Shown here in pieces: positions 9,310 through 19,302 of a stretch of DNA of 64,000 bases. This stretch comes from Puniceicoccaceae bacterium. GTDB lineage: Bacteria > Verrucomicrobiota > Verrucomicrobiia > Opitutales > Oceanipulchritudinaceae. The translations under genes and the position numbers were made by a program. Numbering within the stretch: position 1 is the first letter of the stretch; each line of letters starts with the position of its first letter. The notes below the pieces were generated by a model, which had not been told where the DNA came from, did not search any database, and saw only the letters and a program-made list of their open reading frames with translations. The stretch covers positions 1 through 64,000 of the forward strand of contig JBFOMH010000004.1 in assembly GCA_040830765.1 (NCBI GenBank). Direction: 5' to 3'.

Positions 9310-10752
9310 ATGCGGGTATTGATTTTTAATCACTTTTTCGATCAGGACATACAGGCTCTGATAAAGGCTCGGGGTGCACATGAAGTCTTCCCCATCCCCT
9401 TCCAGTACTTTCGTTCACAGGCTGTCAAAGTCCTTGGCCGGGAAATCACCGAGGGAGAACTGGAGGCTTATAACGATCCGGACAAGGAGAGCCAGCGACT
9501 GGACTGGAAACGGAAAAGCGAAACCATTTTCCTGAAACTCCGGGCCATCTACCGGTTCGACATCTTCGTCGCGCCGTCGGACACCTTTTTCTATATCCGG
9601 GATTTCATCCAGTGCTGTCGTTCAAGCGGTATTCCGGTTATTATCCTGCAAAAGGAAACGACGATCTCCCCCTATACAATGGAGGTCCATTCAAGGCGGA
9701 TCGGAAAAGAATTCCCCTTTATCTCGGACAAGATGTTGGTTTGCAGTTCCCGGCAAAGACAATTCTGGCTCAATGCCGGTGCTCCGGAAGACAAGATCGT
9801 TATCTCCGGACAGCCGCGCTTCGACATTTACGCAGACATTCCCGAGGAGAGAGACTGGCTGGGGATTGGCCTCCCGGTCGATCCACAAAGCAAAGTGATA
9901 CTTTTCTTTTCCTATGACCTCGATGCCTACGCCCCGAAAGGGGAATCCACGGCTGAAAACGCAACGTGGAAACACCTGCGGGATGAAACCGAGGCGGCCC
10001 TTCTGGAACTGGTTGAAAAGGACTACACCGTGCTGGTGAAACCTCATCCACAACAACGGAGCCGGTTGGAAAGAAAGCAACTTGCCCAAAAGGCAGGACA
10101 ACACTGGCAAAAAAAGGTTTTCTGGGTGGATCGGGCGGTGGATGCACGCGACTTGCTCCGCTACGCGGATGTCGTTGTCGGGTTTCAGACAACAGCCCTT
10201 TATGAGGCCATGCTGGCCGGGAAACCGGTCGTCTACACACATTGGACAGACCCTGTACAAAAGTACGAGGACAAGTTGATTCCATTCTGGAAGCACCCGG
10301 GTGCGCTGGAGCTCGCCTCATCCGGTAAGGAGCTTATCCGGGCCATCGCTTCAGGCCAGTTAACGGTTTCAAAGGCAACCATGCAGCAGAGAAGGGATCT
10401 TGCCGTCGAGCACATCGGGGAGATCGATGGAAAAGCGACTGAGAGGGCCTGGTCCGAGTTGGAACAATGGGTCCAGAAGAGTCAGAGGAATGCCAATCCC
10501 AGTTTGGGTTCCGTTGTCGCAACCCTGCGGTGCATTTCGGGATATTCCCGTTATTTGGCAAATCTGGCCGGCCTGGCCTTGTCTCCCCTGCTCTTTCTCA
10601 TCCTGGCCTCACTGTCGCGCTTTTTCCCGGCTCTTTCGAAAGGCAGCACCATCAGCAAGGAAGGCCTCAAGGCAAGATTCGCCAAGTTCGCTGGATTCTG
10701 GAAAGGGTATGCTCAAGAGTCTTGGCGATCCGGCCGCAATTCGGAAAAATAG
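9310..10752 (+). CDS. GT-B / CDP-glycerol glycerophosphotransferase-like protein; candidate pseudaminyltransferase
   Basis: SGQPRFD, VKPHP and ADVVVGFQTTALYEAMLAGKPV. ATG 9310 lies 4 nt after the pseI stop; an alternative ATG is at 9268. Confidence 0.6.
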   Translation: MRVLIFNHFFDQDIQALIKARGAHEVFPIPFQYFRSQAVKVLGREITEGELEAYNDPDKESQRLDWKRKSETIFLKLRAIYRFDIFVAPSDTFFYIRDFIQCCRSSGIPVIILQKETTISPYTMEVHSRRIGKEFPFISDKMLVCSSRQRQFWLNAGAPEDKIVISGQPRFDIYADIPEERDWLGIGLPVDPQSKVILFFSYDLDAYAPKGESTAENATWKHLRDETEAALLELVEKDYTVLVKPHPQQRSRLERKQLAQKAGQHWQKKVFWVDRAVDARDLLRYADVVVGFQTTALYEAMLAGKPVVYTHWTDPVQKYEDKLIPFWKHPGALELASSGKELIRAIASGQLTVSKATMQQRRDLAVEHIGEIDGKATERAWSELEQWVQKSQRNANPSLGSVVATLRCISGYSRYLANLAGLALSPLLFLILASLSRFFPALSKGSTISKEGLKARFAKFAGFWKGYAQESWRSGRNSEK

Positions 10753-12230
10753 GAGCATAAAAATTTCCATTCTTCCCTGCTGACCGAAAAGCCGAGCGCA
10801 ACCCCCAGGTAGCTAACGAGGACAAGTCCCATACTGAAAACGGGGCTTAGCGCCGGAAGGAACTGGATTAAGATGGCATAGAGCGCCAAGGATACAACAG
10901 CGGGCGCCAGGCCCGGTAAAAGTAGTCGCCGGATGGTATCCCGGATGGATACAGAGAAGTGGTGCATCCCCTGATAGAGGAAGAGGACTGCCGACAGGGC
11001 GGTACTGATGAGTGTTGCCAGAATGACGCCACTCAACCCGAGCGGAACAACAAGGAGCAGGCTCAGGCACAAGTTGAGCGCTGTTGTTGCTGTAGTGACA
11101 AGTGCCACCATCTTAAGGCGACCTGTCCCGATAAACATGTTCTGGGCACTTGCCATCAGGGCCACCGCAATGACGTTCCCGGCCAGCATCCGTGCTTCGG
11201 GTGCGATCTCCGTGAATTCGGGACCAACCCATAGGGAAAGGATATTCCCGGCGTAGCAGAAAATAATGACAACCACCGAAAGGCTAAGCAGGAGGGCGAC
11301 CTTCGTGGAGCTAATGAAACGGTGGCTCAATTGCTGGGTGTTGTTGTTGGCCGCCGACTCAGCGGCGGGAGAGACCATCATGGAGGAAATGACGGTAATG
11401 CAGGCAATTCCCACACCAGCCAGTTTGAACACGATGTCATACTGAGTCAGCACCGCCGGGAGAAGGAAAAGCCCGATGATAATCCGATCCATTCCCTTGT
11501 GAACAGCAGCCTGGAGACGAATCACCAGAATGATTGAACTGGTTCTCAGCAAGTTGGACCAGGTGTCATGAGGTATCGAAAGCGTCAGGCGCCACCACGG
11601 AATCGCCCGCCTGAGTGCCAGAAAAAGGAGGACCAACTGGGTTGCGGAGGCCGTTGCGGCTGCCAATCCGAGGCCGGGTAATCCGTCCCCCCGGTAAACA
11701 AGGAAAACCATCAGCCCGGCTTGTAGTAAAAGTCCGACTACTTGAATCAGCTTGGCCCGGGCAAATTCCTGGAATCCCTGCAGTGTGGCAGAGAGGGCCA
11801 GCTTTACCAGATCCAGGAAAACGACCACGGCCATTAACCGGAGGAGGATCGCTGAATCTGCCATCAACCCGGGTTCGACATCAAATACTTCCTGAAGAAA
11901 ACCCGTACCCAGTAAAATCATCGCACCAAGGAATATACCCAGGGCTCCCAGAAGCATCGCTCCTCCACTGACCGTTGCATTCGTCAACTCCCTGTTTTCC
12001 GCAGCAGCGGAGCCGCCCACTATTTTCACAATGGAAGAAGCAATCCCGAAGTCGGCAAAGGAGAGAAATCCGTGGGCAATGGAGAGTGTGAGGACAAGCG
12101 TCCAGAAACCATATGCGGTAACGCCGAGTTGATGGATAAGAAAGGGAGTCAGCAGCAGATTGACGATGATCGTGAGGACCATTGCCAATGCGTTTGCAAA
12201 TGCACCGGATATGAGTTTGCTCCCGGCCAA
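10713..12230 (-). CDS. wzx: Wzx-type oligosaccharide flippase
   Basis: About 12-14 hydrophobic segments, LTPFLIHQLGVTAYG, ADFGI, MDRIIIG and LSLWVGPEF. Converges on the pse operon with a 40-bp overlap. Confidence 0.85.
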   Translation of the reverse strand: MAGSKLISGAFANALAMVLTIIVNLLLTPFLIHQLGVTAYGFWTLVLTLSIAHGFLSFADFGIASSIVKIVGGSAAAENRELTNATVSGGAMLLGALGIFLGAMILLGTGFLQEVFDVEPGLMADSAILLRLMAVVVFLDLVKLALSATLQGFQEFARAKLIQVVGLLLQAGLMVFLVYRGDGLPGLGLAAATASATQLVLLFLALRRAIPWWRLTLSIPHDTWSNLLRTSSIILVIRLQAAVHKGMDRIIIGLFLLPAVLTQYDIVFKLAGVGIACITVISSMMVSPAAESAANNNTQQLSHRFISSTKVALLLSLSVVVIIFCYAGNILSLWVGPEFTEIAPEARMLAGNVIAVALMASAQNMFIGTGRLKMVALVTTATTALNLCLSLLLVVPLGLSGVILATLISTALSAVLFLYQGMHHFSVSIRDTIRRLLLPGLAPAVVSLALYAILIQFLPALSPVFSMGLVLVSYLGVALGFSVSREEWKFLCSYFSELRPDRQDS

Positions 12231-12303
12231 CTTATCTTTGGGGCATTCCCCCGGTTGCTAGGTTCATCATGGCGAGTATTTCCTGCAGGTGGATTACATG
12301 AAG

Positions 12304-13317
12304 CTATTTGCCGCTGCCAGCAGGGGGTTCCAGTCTTTCAAACTCCCCGGATGACCGCTCCATATCCAATGTCCGGTACAGCACCAGCTCGGCGACCAGC
12401 CCGAGCGAGATCAACTGGGCCGAGAGCAGGGTCCCGAGGATGCCGAAGAAGAACAAGGGGCGGGTGCCAATTCCCTTGTAGCCGAGGAACCAGCCCGCGG
12501 AGAGATAAACCAGGATGCCGAGGCCAAGGGCCCCAACCAGCAGGCCCAGCCCGCCAAAGAAGTGCGCCGGACGCCGCAGATAGCGGGTCAGGACAACCGT
12601 TGTCAAGAGGTCGAGAAACCCCTTGATCAGGCGGGTGGCCCCGTACTTGGAACGACCGTGGGTCCGCGGCTGATGTTCAACGACAATTTCGGCCACCCGG
12701 TAGCCGTCGGCATTGGCCAGGATGGGGATAAAGCGGTGCATTTCGCCATAGAGCTTGAGGCCCTTTGCCACTTCAGACCGGTAGGCCTTGAAGCCACAAT
12801 TGACGTCATGCAGCTTCAGGCCGGAAACCACCCGGACCATGCCATTGAAAATCCTTGAGGGAAAGGTCTTGTCCAGTGGGTCTTTCCGGTTTTTCTTCCA
12901 GCCGGAAACCATGTCAGCCCCGGCTTCCAGGGCCTCGAGGAACTTGGGGATTTCCTCCGGCTGATCCTGCAGATCGGCATCCATGGTTATGATGATCCTG
13001 CCGCAGGCCTCCCTGAATCCACGGGCCAGGGCAGCAGCCTTGCCGAAATTACGCCGGTGGCGGATGGCCCTAATCTGGTTGGGATGGGCCCGGTGCTGTT
13101 CCCGGATGCGGTCCCATGACCCATCGCCGCTGCCATCATCGACAAAGAGAATTTCAAACGCCTCTCCGGCCGCATCCCTTAAGACAGGCAGCAAACGATC
13201 CACCAACTCATCAATACTATCAACCTCATCATAGACCGGAATGACGACCGAAAGAGCAAGTGACCTGTCCTTCAAATCAGGCTCGGTTGGTAAAAGCGGA
13301 TTCACAGGAATTGACAT
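12304..13317 (-). CDS. Glycosyltransferase family 2 (ArnC/DPM1-like polyprenol-phosphate glycosyltransferase)
   Basis: LSVVIPVYDE, VDDGSGD, RNFGKAAAL, MDADLQD, HDVNCGFKAY, YGEMHRFIP and two C-terminal TM helices. Confidence 0.9.
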   Translation of the reverse strand: MSIPVNPLLPTEPDLKDRSLALSVVIPVYDEVDSIDELVDRLLPVLRDAAGEAFEILFVDDGSGDGSWDRIREQHRAHPNQIRAIRHRRNFGKAAALARGFREACGRIIITMDADLQDQPEEIPKFLEALEAGADMVSGWKKNRKDPLDKTFPSRIFNGMVRVVSGLKLHDVNCGFKAYRSEVAKGLKLYGEMHRFIPILANADGYRVAEIVVEHQPRTHGRSKYGATRLIKGFLDLLTTVVLTRYLRRPAHFFGGLGLLVGALGLGILVYLSAGWFLGYKGIGTRPLFFFGILGTLLSAQLISLGLVAELVLYRTLDMERSSGEFERLEPPAGSGK

Positions 13318-13429
13318 ACAGTATTGGGCTCCCGTTGCAACCTCAACCCGTCCCCATGGCACTGGCCGAGACAGGTCCGTTGGCAAAAGCTTGCCCTGTC
13401 GACCTCGCAGCGGCACCTTCATCCTGAAA

Positions 13430-14113
13430 ATGAAGAAACCAAGCCATCGACAAGCTGTCATCGGAGGAGCCATCCTGGTGGTCCTTCTGGTACTCGTTGG
13501 CGGCTTCGTTCTTTGGGCCAACCGGGAAAGCCTGCCCCCGGTGGATGAGATGCGGGGCCGCTTGCTGGCTTTCCTTGAGACCATCCCGGAGCCGCTCTAT
13601 TTCCTGGCTTTCCTGATTCTTCCGGCACTTGGGGTGCCCTTGACCCTTTTCTACCTGACCGCCATTCCCGTATTCGGTGACGGTCAGCCAGCAGTGGCCA
13701 TCGGCCTGGCTTGGACAGCCCTGGCCTTGAACATGATCCTCTGCTACGTCCTTGGACGCTGGCTGCTCCACCCGGTGATAGAATGGGTCATCCGCCACAG
13801 GAACCTGAAAATCCCCGAACTGACTCCCCAGAATGAATGGAAGGTCGTCCTCGCCGTACGGGTTTCCCCGATCCCTTATGCGCCACAAAATTATATCCTG
13901 GCCTTGGGAAATGCGCGCTGGCGCACCTATCTCTGGATGTCGCTTCTGATTCAGGGAGCCATTGGCCTCGCCATCATGCTGGTCGGGGAATCCGTCCTGA
14001 CCGGCGGACTGGGCTATATCCTTCTGGCCCTCTTTGGACTACTTGTCCTGAACCTGGTCATAGATTTTATCCGCAAGCGACTGACCCGTGAATCCGTCCC
14101 CGACAAAGAATAG
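13430..14113 (+). CDS. TVP38/TMEM64 (DedA superfamily, VTT domain) membrane protein
   Basis: Hydrophobic, with the RVSPIPYAPQNYILAL motif typical of the family. Confidence 0.75.
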   Translation: MKKPSHRQAVIGGAILVVLLVLVGGFVLWANRESLPPVDEMRGRLLAFLETIPEPLYFLAFLILPALGVPLTLFYLTAIPVFGDGQPAVAIGLAWTALALNMILCYVLGRWLLHPVIEWVIRHRNLKIPELTPQNEWKVVLAVRVSPIPYAPQNYILALGNARWRTYLWMSLLIQGAIGLAIMLVGESVLTGGLGYILLALFGLLVLNLVIDFIRKRLTRESVPDKE

Positions 14114-15362
14114 GAACTGCTATACGGTCACCGAGCTGACCCGGGAAATCAAGGGCCTGCTGGAGAGCCGGTTCCCGGTGGTCCATCTGCGGGGCGAAAT
14201 CAGCAACCTGCGGCGCCATCAGTCCGGCCATGTTTACTTTTCCCTCAAGGACAGTGGAGCCTCCATTTCCTGTGTCTGCTTCAGGGGGGATGCCATGCGG
14301 TTGAAGGTCCAGCTCAAGGACGGTTTGCAGATTGTCGGGAACGGCCGCATCACCGTCTATGAGCCAAGGGGCAACTACCAGGTCATCTTCAGCACCATCG
14401 AGGAAGACGGCATCGGGCGCTTGCAGCAGGCGTTTCTGGCCTTGAAGGAGAAGCTCGAGAAAGAGGGCCTCTTCGATCCGTCCCGCAAGCAGCCGCTTCC
14501 CCAATTGGCAAAAACAGTCGGCTTTGTGACATCCGATACCGGGGCCGCCCTGCGCGACTTCATCTCTATCCTTCGCCGCCGGCATTGGGCCGGTCGGCTG
14601 GTGGTGATCCCAGCCCGCGTCCAGGGCGCCGGGGCCGCCGAGGAGATTGTCTCCGGAATCGAGGCCGCCAACCGTCACCAGCTCTGCGATCTCCTTGTCA
14701 TCGGCCGAGGTGGGGGCAGCCTTGAGGACCTCTGGCCCTTCAACGAAGAAATCGTCGCCCGGGCCATAGCGGCTTCACAAATTCCACTCATCTCCGCCGT
14801 CGGCCACGAAATTGACTTTACGCTGAGTGACTTTGCGGCCGACTTTCGTGCCGAGACCCCATCCGCCGCCGCTGAATGGATCACCAGTGCCCGTCAGGCC
14901 TTTGTCGACCGGGCTACCAGCTTGAGCGATCGCTTCCGCACTGGTGCTGAACGCTTGCTGGAACGGAAGTCGCACCGGCTTTCCATGGCATCGGCCAGCC
15001 TCAAGCACCAGCACCCGCGTAACCGGCTCGACCAGGCGGCCTTGCGGCTCGACGACTTGCATGGGCGTCTTGGACAGTCCCTCCTCAGCAGCCTCAAGGA
15101 TAATCGCCAACGCTTTCAACTGGCCGCCCAGCGCTTCCAGGCAATCCGTCCGGAAACCCGGTTGCAGCATTTCCGGGAGAACCTGCGCCAGCTGGGCCTG
15201 CGGCTGTCGACCAACAGCCATCAGGGAACCCTCAAGCGGGGCTTCGCCATCCTGCGCCGGAAAGGCAAGGTCGTCGGTGAATCATCCGCCCTCGAACCAG
15301 GAGAGGCTTTCAGCGTGGAAATGCGGGACGGATCCTTCGGGGCACAGCGCGACCGGGAATGA
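14088..15362 (+). CDS. xseA: Exodeoxyribonuclease VII large subunit
   Basis: GEISN, SGHVYFSLKD, TSDTGAALRD, GRGGGSLEDLWPFNEE and SAVGHEIDFTLSDFAADFRAETPS. Confidence 0.96.
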   Translation: MNPSPTKNRNCYTVTELTREIKGLLESRFPVVHLRGEISNLRRHQSGHVYFSLKDSGASISCVCFRGDAMRLKVQLKDGLQIVGNGRITVYEPRGNYQVIFSTIEEDGIGRLQQAFLALKEKLEKEGLFDPSRKQPLPQLAKTVGFVTSDTGAALRDFISILRRRHWAGRLVVIPARVQGAGAAEEIVSGIEAANRHQLCDLLVIGRGGGSLEDLWPFNEEIVARAIAASQIPLISAVGHEIDFTLSDFAADFRAETPSAAAEWITSARQAFVDRATSLSDRFRTGAERLLERKSHRLSMASASLKHQHPRNRLDQAALRLDDLHGRLGQSLLSSLKDNRQRFQLAAQRFQAIRPETRLQHFRENLRQLGLRLSTNSHQGTLKRGFAILRRKGKVVGESSALEPGEAFSVEMRDGSFGAQRDRE

Positions 15363-15532
15363 ACGAATTCCAACACGCGTTTGTTACAGATGTGTTAAAC
15401 CGGCCCTATTTTGAATATTTCTGCATTTCGGACTTGTCATCCGGCTAATATGGGCAATTAGTAAACGCATACTAAATTTCCCGTAAGGGAGTTTTGGGGT
15501 AACATATAAGGAGTAGTGAAATAGAAAATAAT

Positions 15533-15570
15533 GGCAGGCGGCTTAGGGGTAGGCCGCCTGCCTTCTTTTA
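15533..15570 (+). terminator. Rho-independent terminator
   Basis: 13-bp stem GGCAGGCGGCTTA / TAGGCCGCCTGCC (one G-U pair), GGGG loop, followed by TTCTTTTT. Confidence 0.8.
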
Positions 15571-15628
15571 TACATCCGAAAAGCGCTTCACGCTTCCCCT
15601 CCGTTGAAAATTCGCTACCCTGTCCGGC

Positions 15629-16549
15629 ATGGCTGGAGAACGAGACGGGCAGGAAACGCATATCGAGGAATTCTCGGTTGGCTCCTCCCGGTTTCGCCTG
15701 GCTCCGGAATACGGGTTTCGCCTGATGCAATGGACCCTTCAAACCGCTTCGGGAACCCGGGACATCTTCCACTGGCCGGAAAATGCCGATGACCAGCCCC
15801 TCGAAAAGGTCCGCGGCGGCAACCCCATCCTTTTCCCCTTTGCCGGGAGAAGCTTTGACCGCGGTCTGGAAAACCACTGGCGGGCACCGGACGGTTCGCG
15901 GCTCCCGATGCCACGTCACGGCTTTGCCCGCAACGGCCGCTTCAGCTTCAGCCGGGTTTCGGAAAACGAAATCTCCGGACAACTCCTGCCGACGGAAGCG
16001 GATGCTGCCGCCTTCCCATTTGATTATGTCTTCACGGTCACTTACCGCTTCGAGGAGCTGGCCTTGCAGGTCGATCTTGCCCTGGAGAACACCGGCCAGG
16101 AGCCGGTCCCCTGGTCAGCCGGCCATCACTTTTACTTTACCCTACCCTGGCATCCGGCAGCCCTGCGGCAGGATTACCGCCTCAACATGGAAGCCCGCAA
16201 ATGTGCCTACCACGCTCCGGATGGGAAACTGGTGATGGACCGCGATCGGGAAACTTGTCATGATTTAGCCGATACAAATCTCCTTGATCGCATCCACTGG
16301 CAATTGCGCCACAACCGGGTTTCCTTCGGTCCCAAGGGCGGCGAGGAGGACATACACCTCGTTCTCGGTGATAACCCGGCGCCCCAGAAGAACTGGGCCA
16401 TCGTTACCTGGTCGGAATCGGAAACAGCTCCCTATTACTGCATCGAGCCTTGGATGGGCCCGCCCAACGCGGCTGAGCATGGCAAGGGGCTCCACTGGGT
16501 CGGCCCGGGGGAAAGCCAGGTCTTCCGGGTCGAGGTCAGCCTCTATTGA
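15629..16549 (+). CDS. Aldose 1-epimerase / galactose mutarotase-like protein
   Basis: VRGGNPILFPFAGR, MPRHGFAR, WSAGHHFYF and YCIEPW. Confidence 0.85.
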   Translation: MAGERDGQETHIEEFSVGSSRFRLAPEYGFRLMQWTLQTASGTRDIFHWPENADDQPLEKVRGGNPILFPFAGRSFDRGLENHWRAPDGSRLPMPRHGFARNGRFSFSRVSENEISGQLLPTEADAAAFPFDYVFTVTYRFEELALQVDLALENTGQEPVPWSAGHHFYFTLPWHPAALRQDYRLNMEARKCAYHAPDGKLVMDRDRETCHDLADTNLLDRIHWQLRHNRVSFGPKGGEEDIHLVLGDNPAPQKNWAIVTWSESETAPYYCIEPWMGPPNAAEHGKGLHWVGPGESQVFRVEVSLY

Positions 16550-17053
16550 TCAACCGGGCATGCTGCCCATGAGGGAAATCTCCTCCTGGAAAGCCGTGAT
16601 GAGCTCCGGGGAAATTTCCAGTTCCGGCACGGTCAACTCGCGCTTGGTCGGCATGTGCCGGAAGCGCTGACCGCCCAGCCGCTTCAGGATCCGTTTCCTT
16701 TCCAACTGCAGGGCGAGAAAGAATTTCAGGCGGTCCCGCGTTTCATCAACCAGTCCTTCGTCCCCCCCGTCCACCGGCTCCTCGAATAGACTGAGAAAAA
16801 TCTCATCCGCCGACTGCAGGGCGGCTCGCTTTTCCTCGGCCTCACTTGTTTCCTTTTCCTTTATTTGCTGGCTCCACCGGCAAATAACCGCCCCTTCCAG
16901 CTGCACGTCATCACGCTCCTCTTCAAGGATGTCCAAGCGGTCGATAAATCCCTCCTTGGTCCGGTAAAGATAGCTCCAGACAATATCACCCGCACTAAAC
17001 GGTGCTTCCGAGTGACCGGAAACTTTCCCCACGGACCTGATGGCGATATCCAT
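16550..17053 (-). CDS. Hypothetical protein
   Basis: 167-aa acidic ORF that fills the gap between neighbours; contains LALQLERKRILK. No function recognised. Confidence 0.7.
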   Translation of the reverse strand: MDIAIRSVGKVSGHSEAPFSAGDIVWSYLYRTKEGFIDRLDILEEERDDVQLEGAVICRWSQQIKEKETSEAEEKRAALQSADEIFLSLFEEPVDGGDEGLVDETRDRLKFFLALQLERKRILKRLGGQRFRHMPTKRELTVPELEISPELITAFQEEISLMGSMPG

Positions 17054-17076
17054 GGGAAAAGTTTGTGCACATTCCC

Positions 17077-17140
17077 GATCCCAACCTCAATCCTAATCTC
17101 AATCCCAATGACAACCCACCCCAAGTTTGCCATTGAGATT
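17077..17140. repeat. Degenerate hexamer tandem repeat (consensus AATCYY) with a downstream inverted copy
   Basis: gatccc-aacctc-aatcct-aatctc-aatccc at 17077-17106; aatcccaatg (17101-17110) pairs 9/10 with cattgagatt (17131-17140). Confidence 0.5.
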
Positions 17141-17168
17141 GTGCAAGGGATGAAGATGATTCCGTCCA

Positions 17169-17864
17169 ATGGGAGGCCTCCGCATCAAGACCTTGTCACC
17201 GGCCAAAGGACGGACGCTCTTTATCGGCGACGTCCATGGCTGCGCCAAGGAGCTGGAAAAGCTGCTCAAGGCCTTCAAGAAAAAGAAAAAGGACCGCATC
17301 ATTTTCGTCGGTGACCTGATCAATGGAGGACCCAGGAGCGCCCGTGTCCTGGAGATTGCCCGGGACCTTTCGGCCAAGTGCGTCCTTGGCAACCATGAGG
17401 TTCGCTTCCTCAAGGCCCGCAAGGCAAAGAACGCCCGCTATCTAAAACGGAAGGACAGGGACGCCTATGAGAGCCTTTCCAAGGCGGACTGGAAATGGAT
17501 CAACGCCTGGCCTCACCTGATCCACATTCCCGAGAGCAAGCTCCTTGTTGTCCACGGGGGATTTGACCCGGCCGTGAAGTGGTGGAAACAGGATGAGGAA
17601 ATGGTCACGCAGATTCAGGTCATCACCCAAAAGAAGAAACCTGCGCGCCGGGCTACCGTTCCCCGGGGAGCCCCCTGGGCCGATGCCTGGGAGGGCCCGG
17701 AGCATGTCATTTATGGCCACACCCCGCGACCCCATCCCCTGCTCCACGCCAAGGCGACCGGATTGGACACCGGTTGTGTCTACGGGTACAGCTTGTCAGC
17801 GATCAGCCTGCCTGATCACACCATTTACCGGGTCCCCGCCCGCCGTGCCTACTACGATGACTAG
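17169..17864 (+). CDS. Metallophosphoesterase (ApaH/PrpE/PPP-like)
   Basis: IGDVHGC, VGDLINGGP, LGNHE, VHGG, YGHTP and GLDTGCVYG. Confidence 0.9.
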   Translation: MGGLRIKTLSPAKGRTLFIGDVHGCAKELEKLLKAFKKKKKDRIIFVGDLINGGPRSARVLEIARDLSAKCVLGNHEVRFLKARKAKNARYLKRKDRDAYESLSKADWKWINAWPHLIHIPESKLLVVHGGFDPAVKWWKQDEEMVTQIQVITQKKKPARRATVPRGAPWADAWEGPEHVIYGHTPRPHPLLHAKATGLDTGCVYGYSLSAISLPDHTIYRVPARRAYYDD

Positions 17865-17937
17865 GCGATATCCCTCGAAATCGCTTTGACCGCAGGCGAA
17901 CTATCCGAATAAGTAGATTCCTCATCCCACCGGAACC

Positions 17938-19299
17938 ATGGATACCACCACTGAAAGCCAAGATCTCTCCTATTCCCATGAAGAGTTGATGGATTGGCCC
18001 CGGGAGCAACTGGCCAACCTGAACGCGGTCCGGCTGGGCTCGACATCCGCCTTTACCGTGGCCCAGTTCCTTGAACGGCTGGAAGTGGAAGACCGCCGGG
18101 ATGTCCTGCGGCAACTCTCCACTGAGCGGGCAGCCGAGGTCCTCTCGGAAATGGATGACGAGGACGCCGCCGATGTGCTCTCGGAAATGCGCGTTCCGCG
18201 GGCGGTGCGGATTCTCGATGACTTTGAACCGGATGATGCGGCCGACGTGGTGGCTGAGCTCGATCCGGAGGTCCGGGCCGAACTCATGTCCAAGCTGGAA
18301 CGGTCCTCCCGCAGCAGTATCGAGACGCTGCTTTCCTATGACCCGGAAAGTGCCGGCGGGATCATGACCACGGAGGTGGACACGGCTTATGAGGACATGA
18401 CGGTGGAAGAGGCAACCGCCGTTATCCGGGAATTCGCGGACAAGCATGAGGACCTGCATTACGTCTACGTCGTCAACCAGGAGCACCAACTCAAAGGCAT
18501 CGTCTCCCTCCGCAAACTCATTCAGGCGAAGCCGCACCAGCGGATCAACGCCATCATGCGGACCGATATTCACGGGATCAGCAGCCCCGAAATGGACAAG
18601 GAGGAAGTGGCCCTGCTGATGGCCGAGCATAACCTTCCCGACATCGCCGTTGTCGATGACAACCGCATCCTGCTGGGTGTGATCACCCACGACGACGTGC
18701 TTGATGTCATCCAGGAAGAAGCCACCGAGGACATCCAGAAACTGGCCGGTGCCGGCGGTGACGAGGACATCCATGACGACATCCTCTTCAGCATTCGTCG
18801 CCGTCAACCCTGGCTGGCGGTCAACCTGGCCACAGCCTTTATTGCCGCCACCGTGGTCAAACTCTTTGAGGCCGAGATTGGGGCCCTGCCCATTCTCGCT
18901 GCCATCATGCCCATCATCGCCGGGGTCGGGGGTAACAGCGGCCAGCAATCCCTTGCCATCACCATCCGTTCCATTGCCCTCGGGCAGGTCAAGGAAGGGG
19001 ACTCCCGCAACATCCTTTTCCGTCAGGCCGCCATCGGGCTGGTCAACGGCATCCTCATCGGCCTGCTGGCAGCCCTGATGGTCATCTTCTTCGGCGGACC
19101 GACCCAATTGTCGGTCATCGTCTTCGCTGCCATGATCGTCAACCTCGCGATCGGTTGCCTCACCGGCACCCTCATCCCTCTAGTGATGCTCAAGCTTAAG
19201 CAGGACCCGGCCCAGGTCTCCTCAATCCTGCTTACCTTTGTGACCGATACGGGCGGCTTCTTTGTCTTCCTTACCCTCGGGTCGATATTCCTGCTCTAG
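17938..19299 (+). CDS. mgtE: Magnesium transporter MgtE
   Basis: Acidic N-domain, CBS pair (AGGIMTTE), RQPWL, GGNSGQQS and DPAQVSSILLTFVTD. Confidence 0.95.
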   Translation: MDTTTESQDLSYSHEELMDWPREQLANLNAVRLGSTSAFTVAQFLERLEVEDRRDVLRQLSTERAAEVLSEMDDEDAADVLSEMRVPRAVRILDDFEPDDAADVVAELDPEVRAELMSKLERSSRSSIETLLSYDPESAGGIMTTEVDTAYEDMTVEEATAVIREFADKHEDLHYVYVVNQEHQLKGIVSLRKLIQAKPHQRINAIMRTDIHGISSPEMDKEEVALLMAEHNLPDIAVVDDNRILLGVITHDDVLDVIQEEATEDIQKLAGAGGDEDIHDDILFSIRRRQPWLAVNLATAFIAATVVKLFEAEIGALPILAAIMPIIAGVGGNSGQQSLAITIRSIALGQVKEGDSRNILFRQAAIGLVNGILIGLLAALMVIFFGGPTQLSVIVFAAMIVNLAIGCLTGTLIPLVMLKLKQDPAQVSSILLTFVTDTGGFFVFLTLGSIFLL

Positions 19300-19302
19300 G
19301 TA

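Noticed and set aside
15531..15725. 64-aa ORF starting inside the terminator hairpin
   Set aside because: It runs through the terminator, overlaps the epimerase gene out of frame, and has no properly spaced SD.
17803..19107. 434-aa minus-strand ORF
   Set aside because: Antisense shadow of mgtE.
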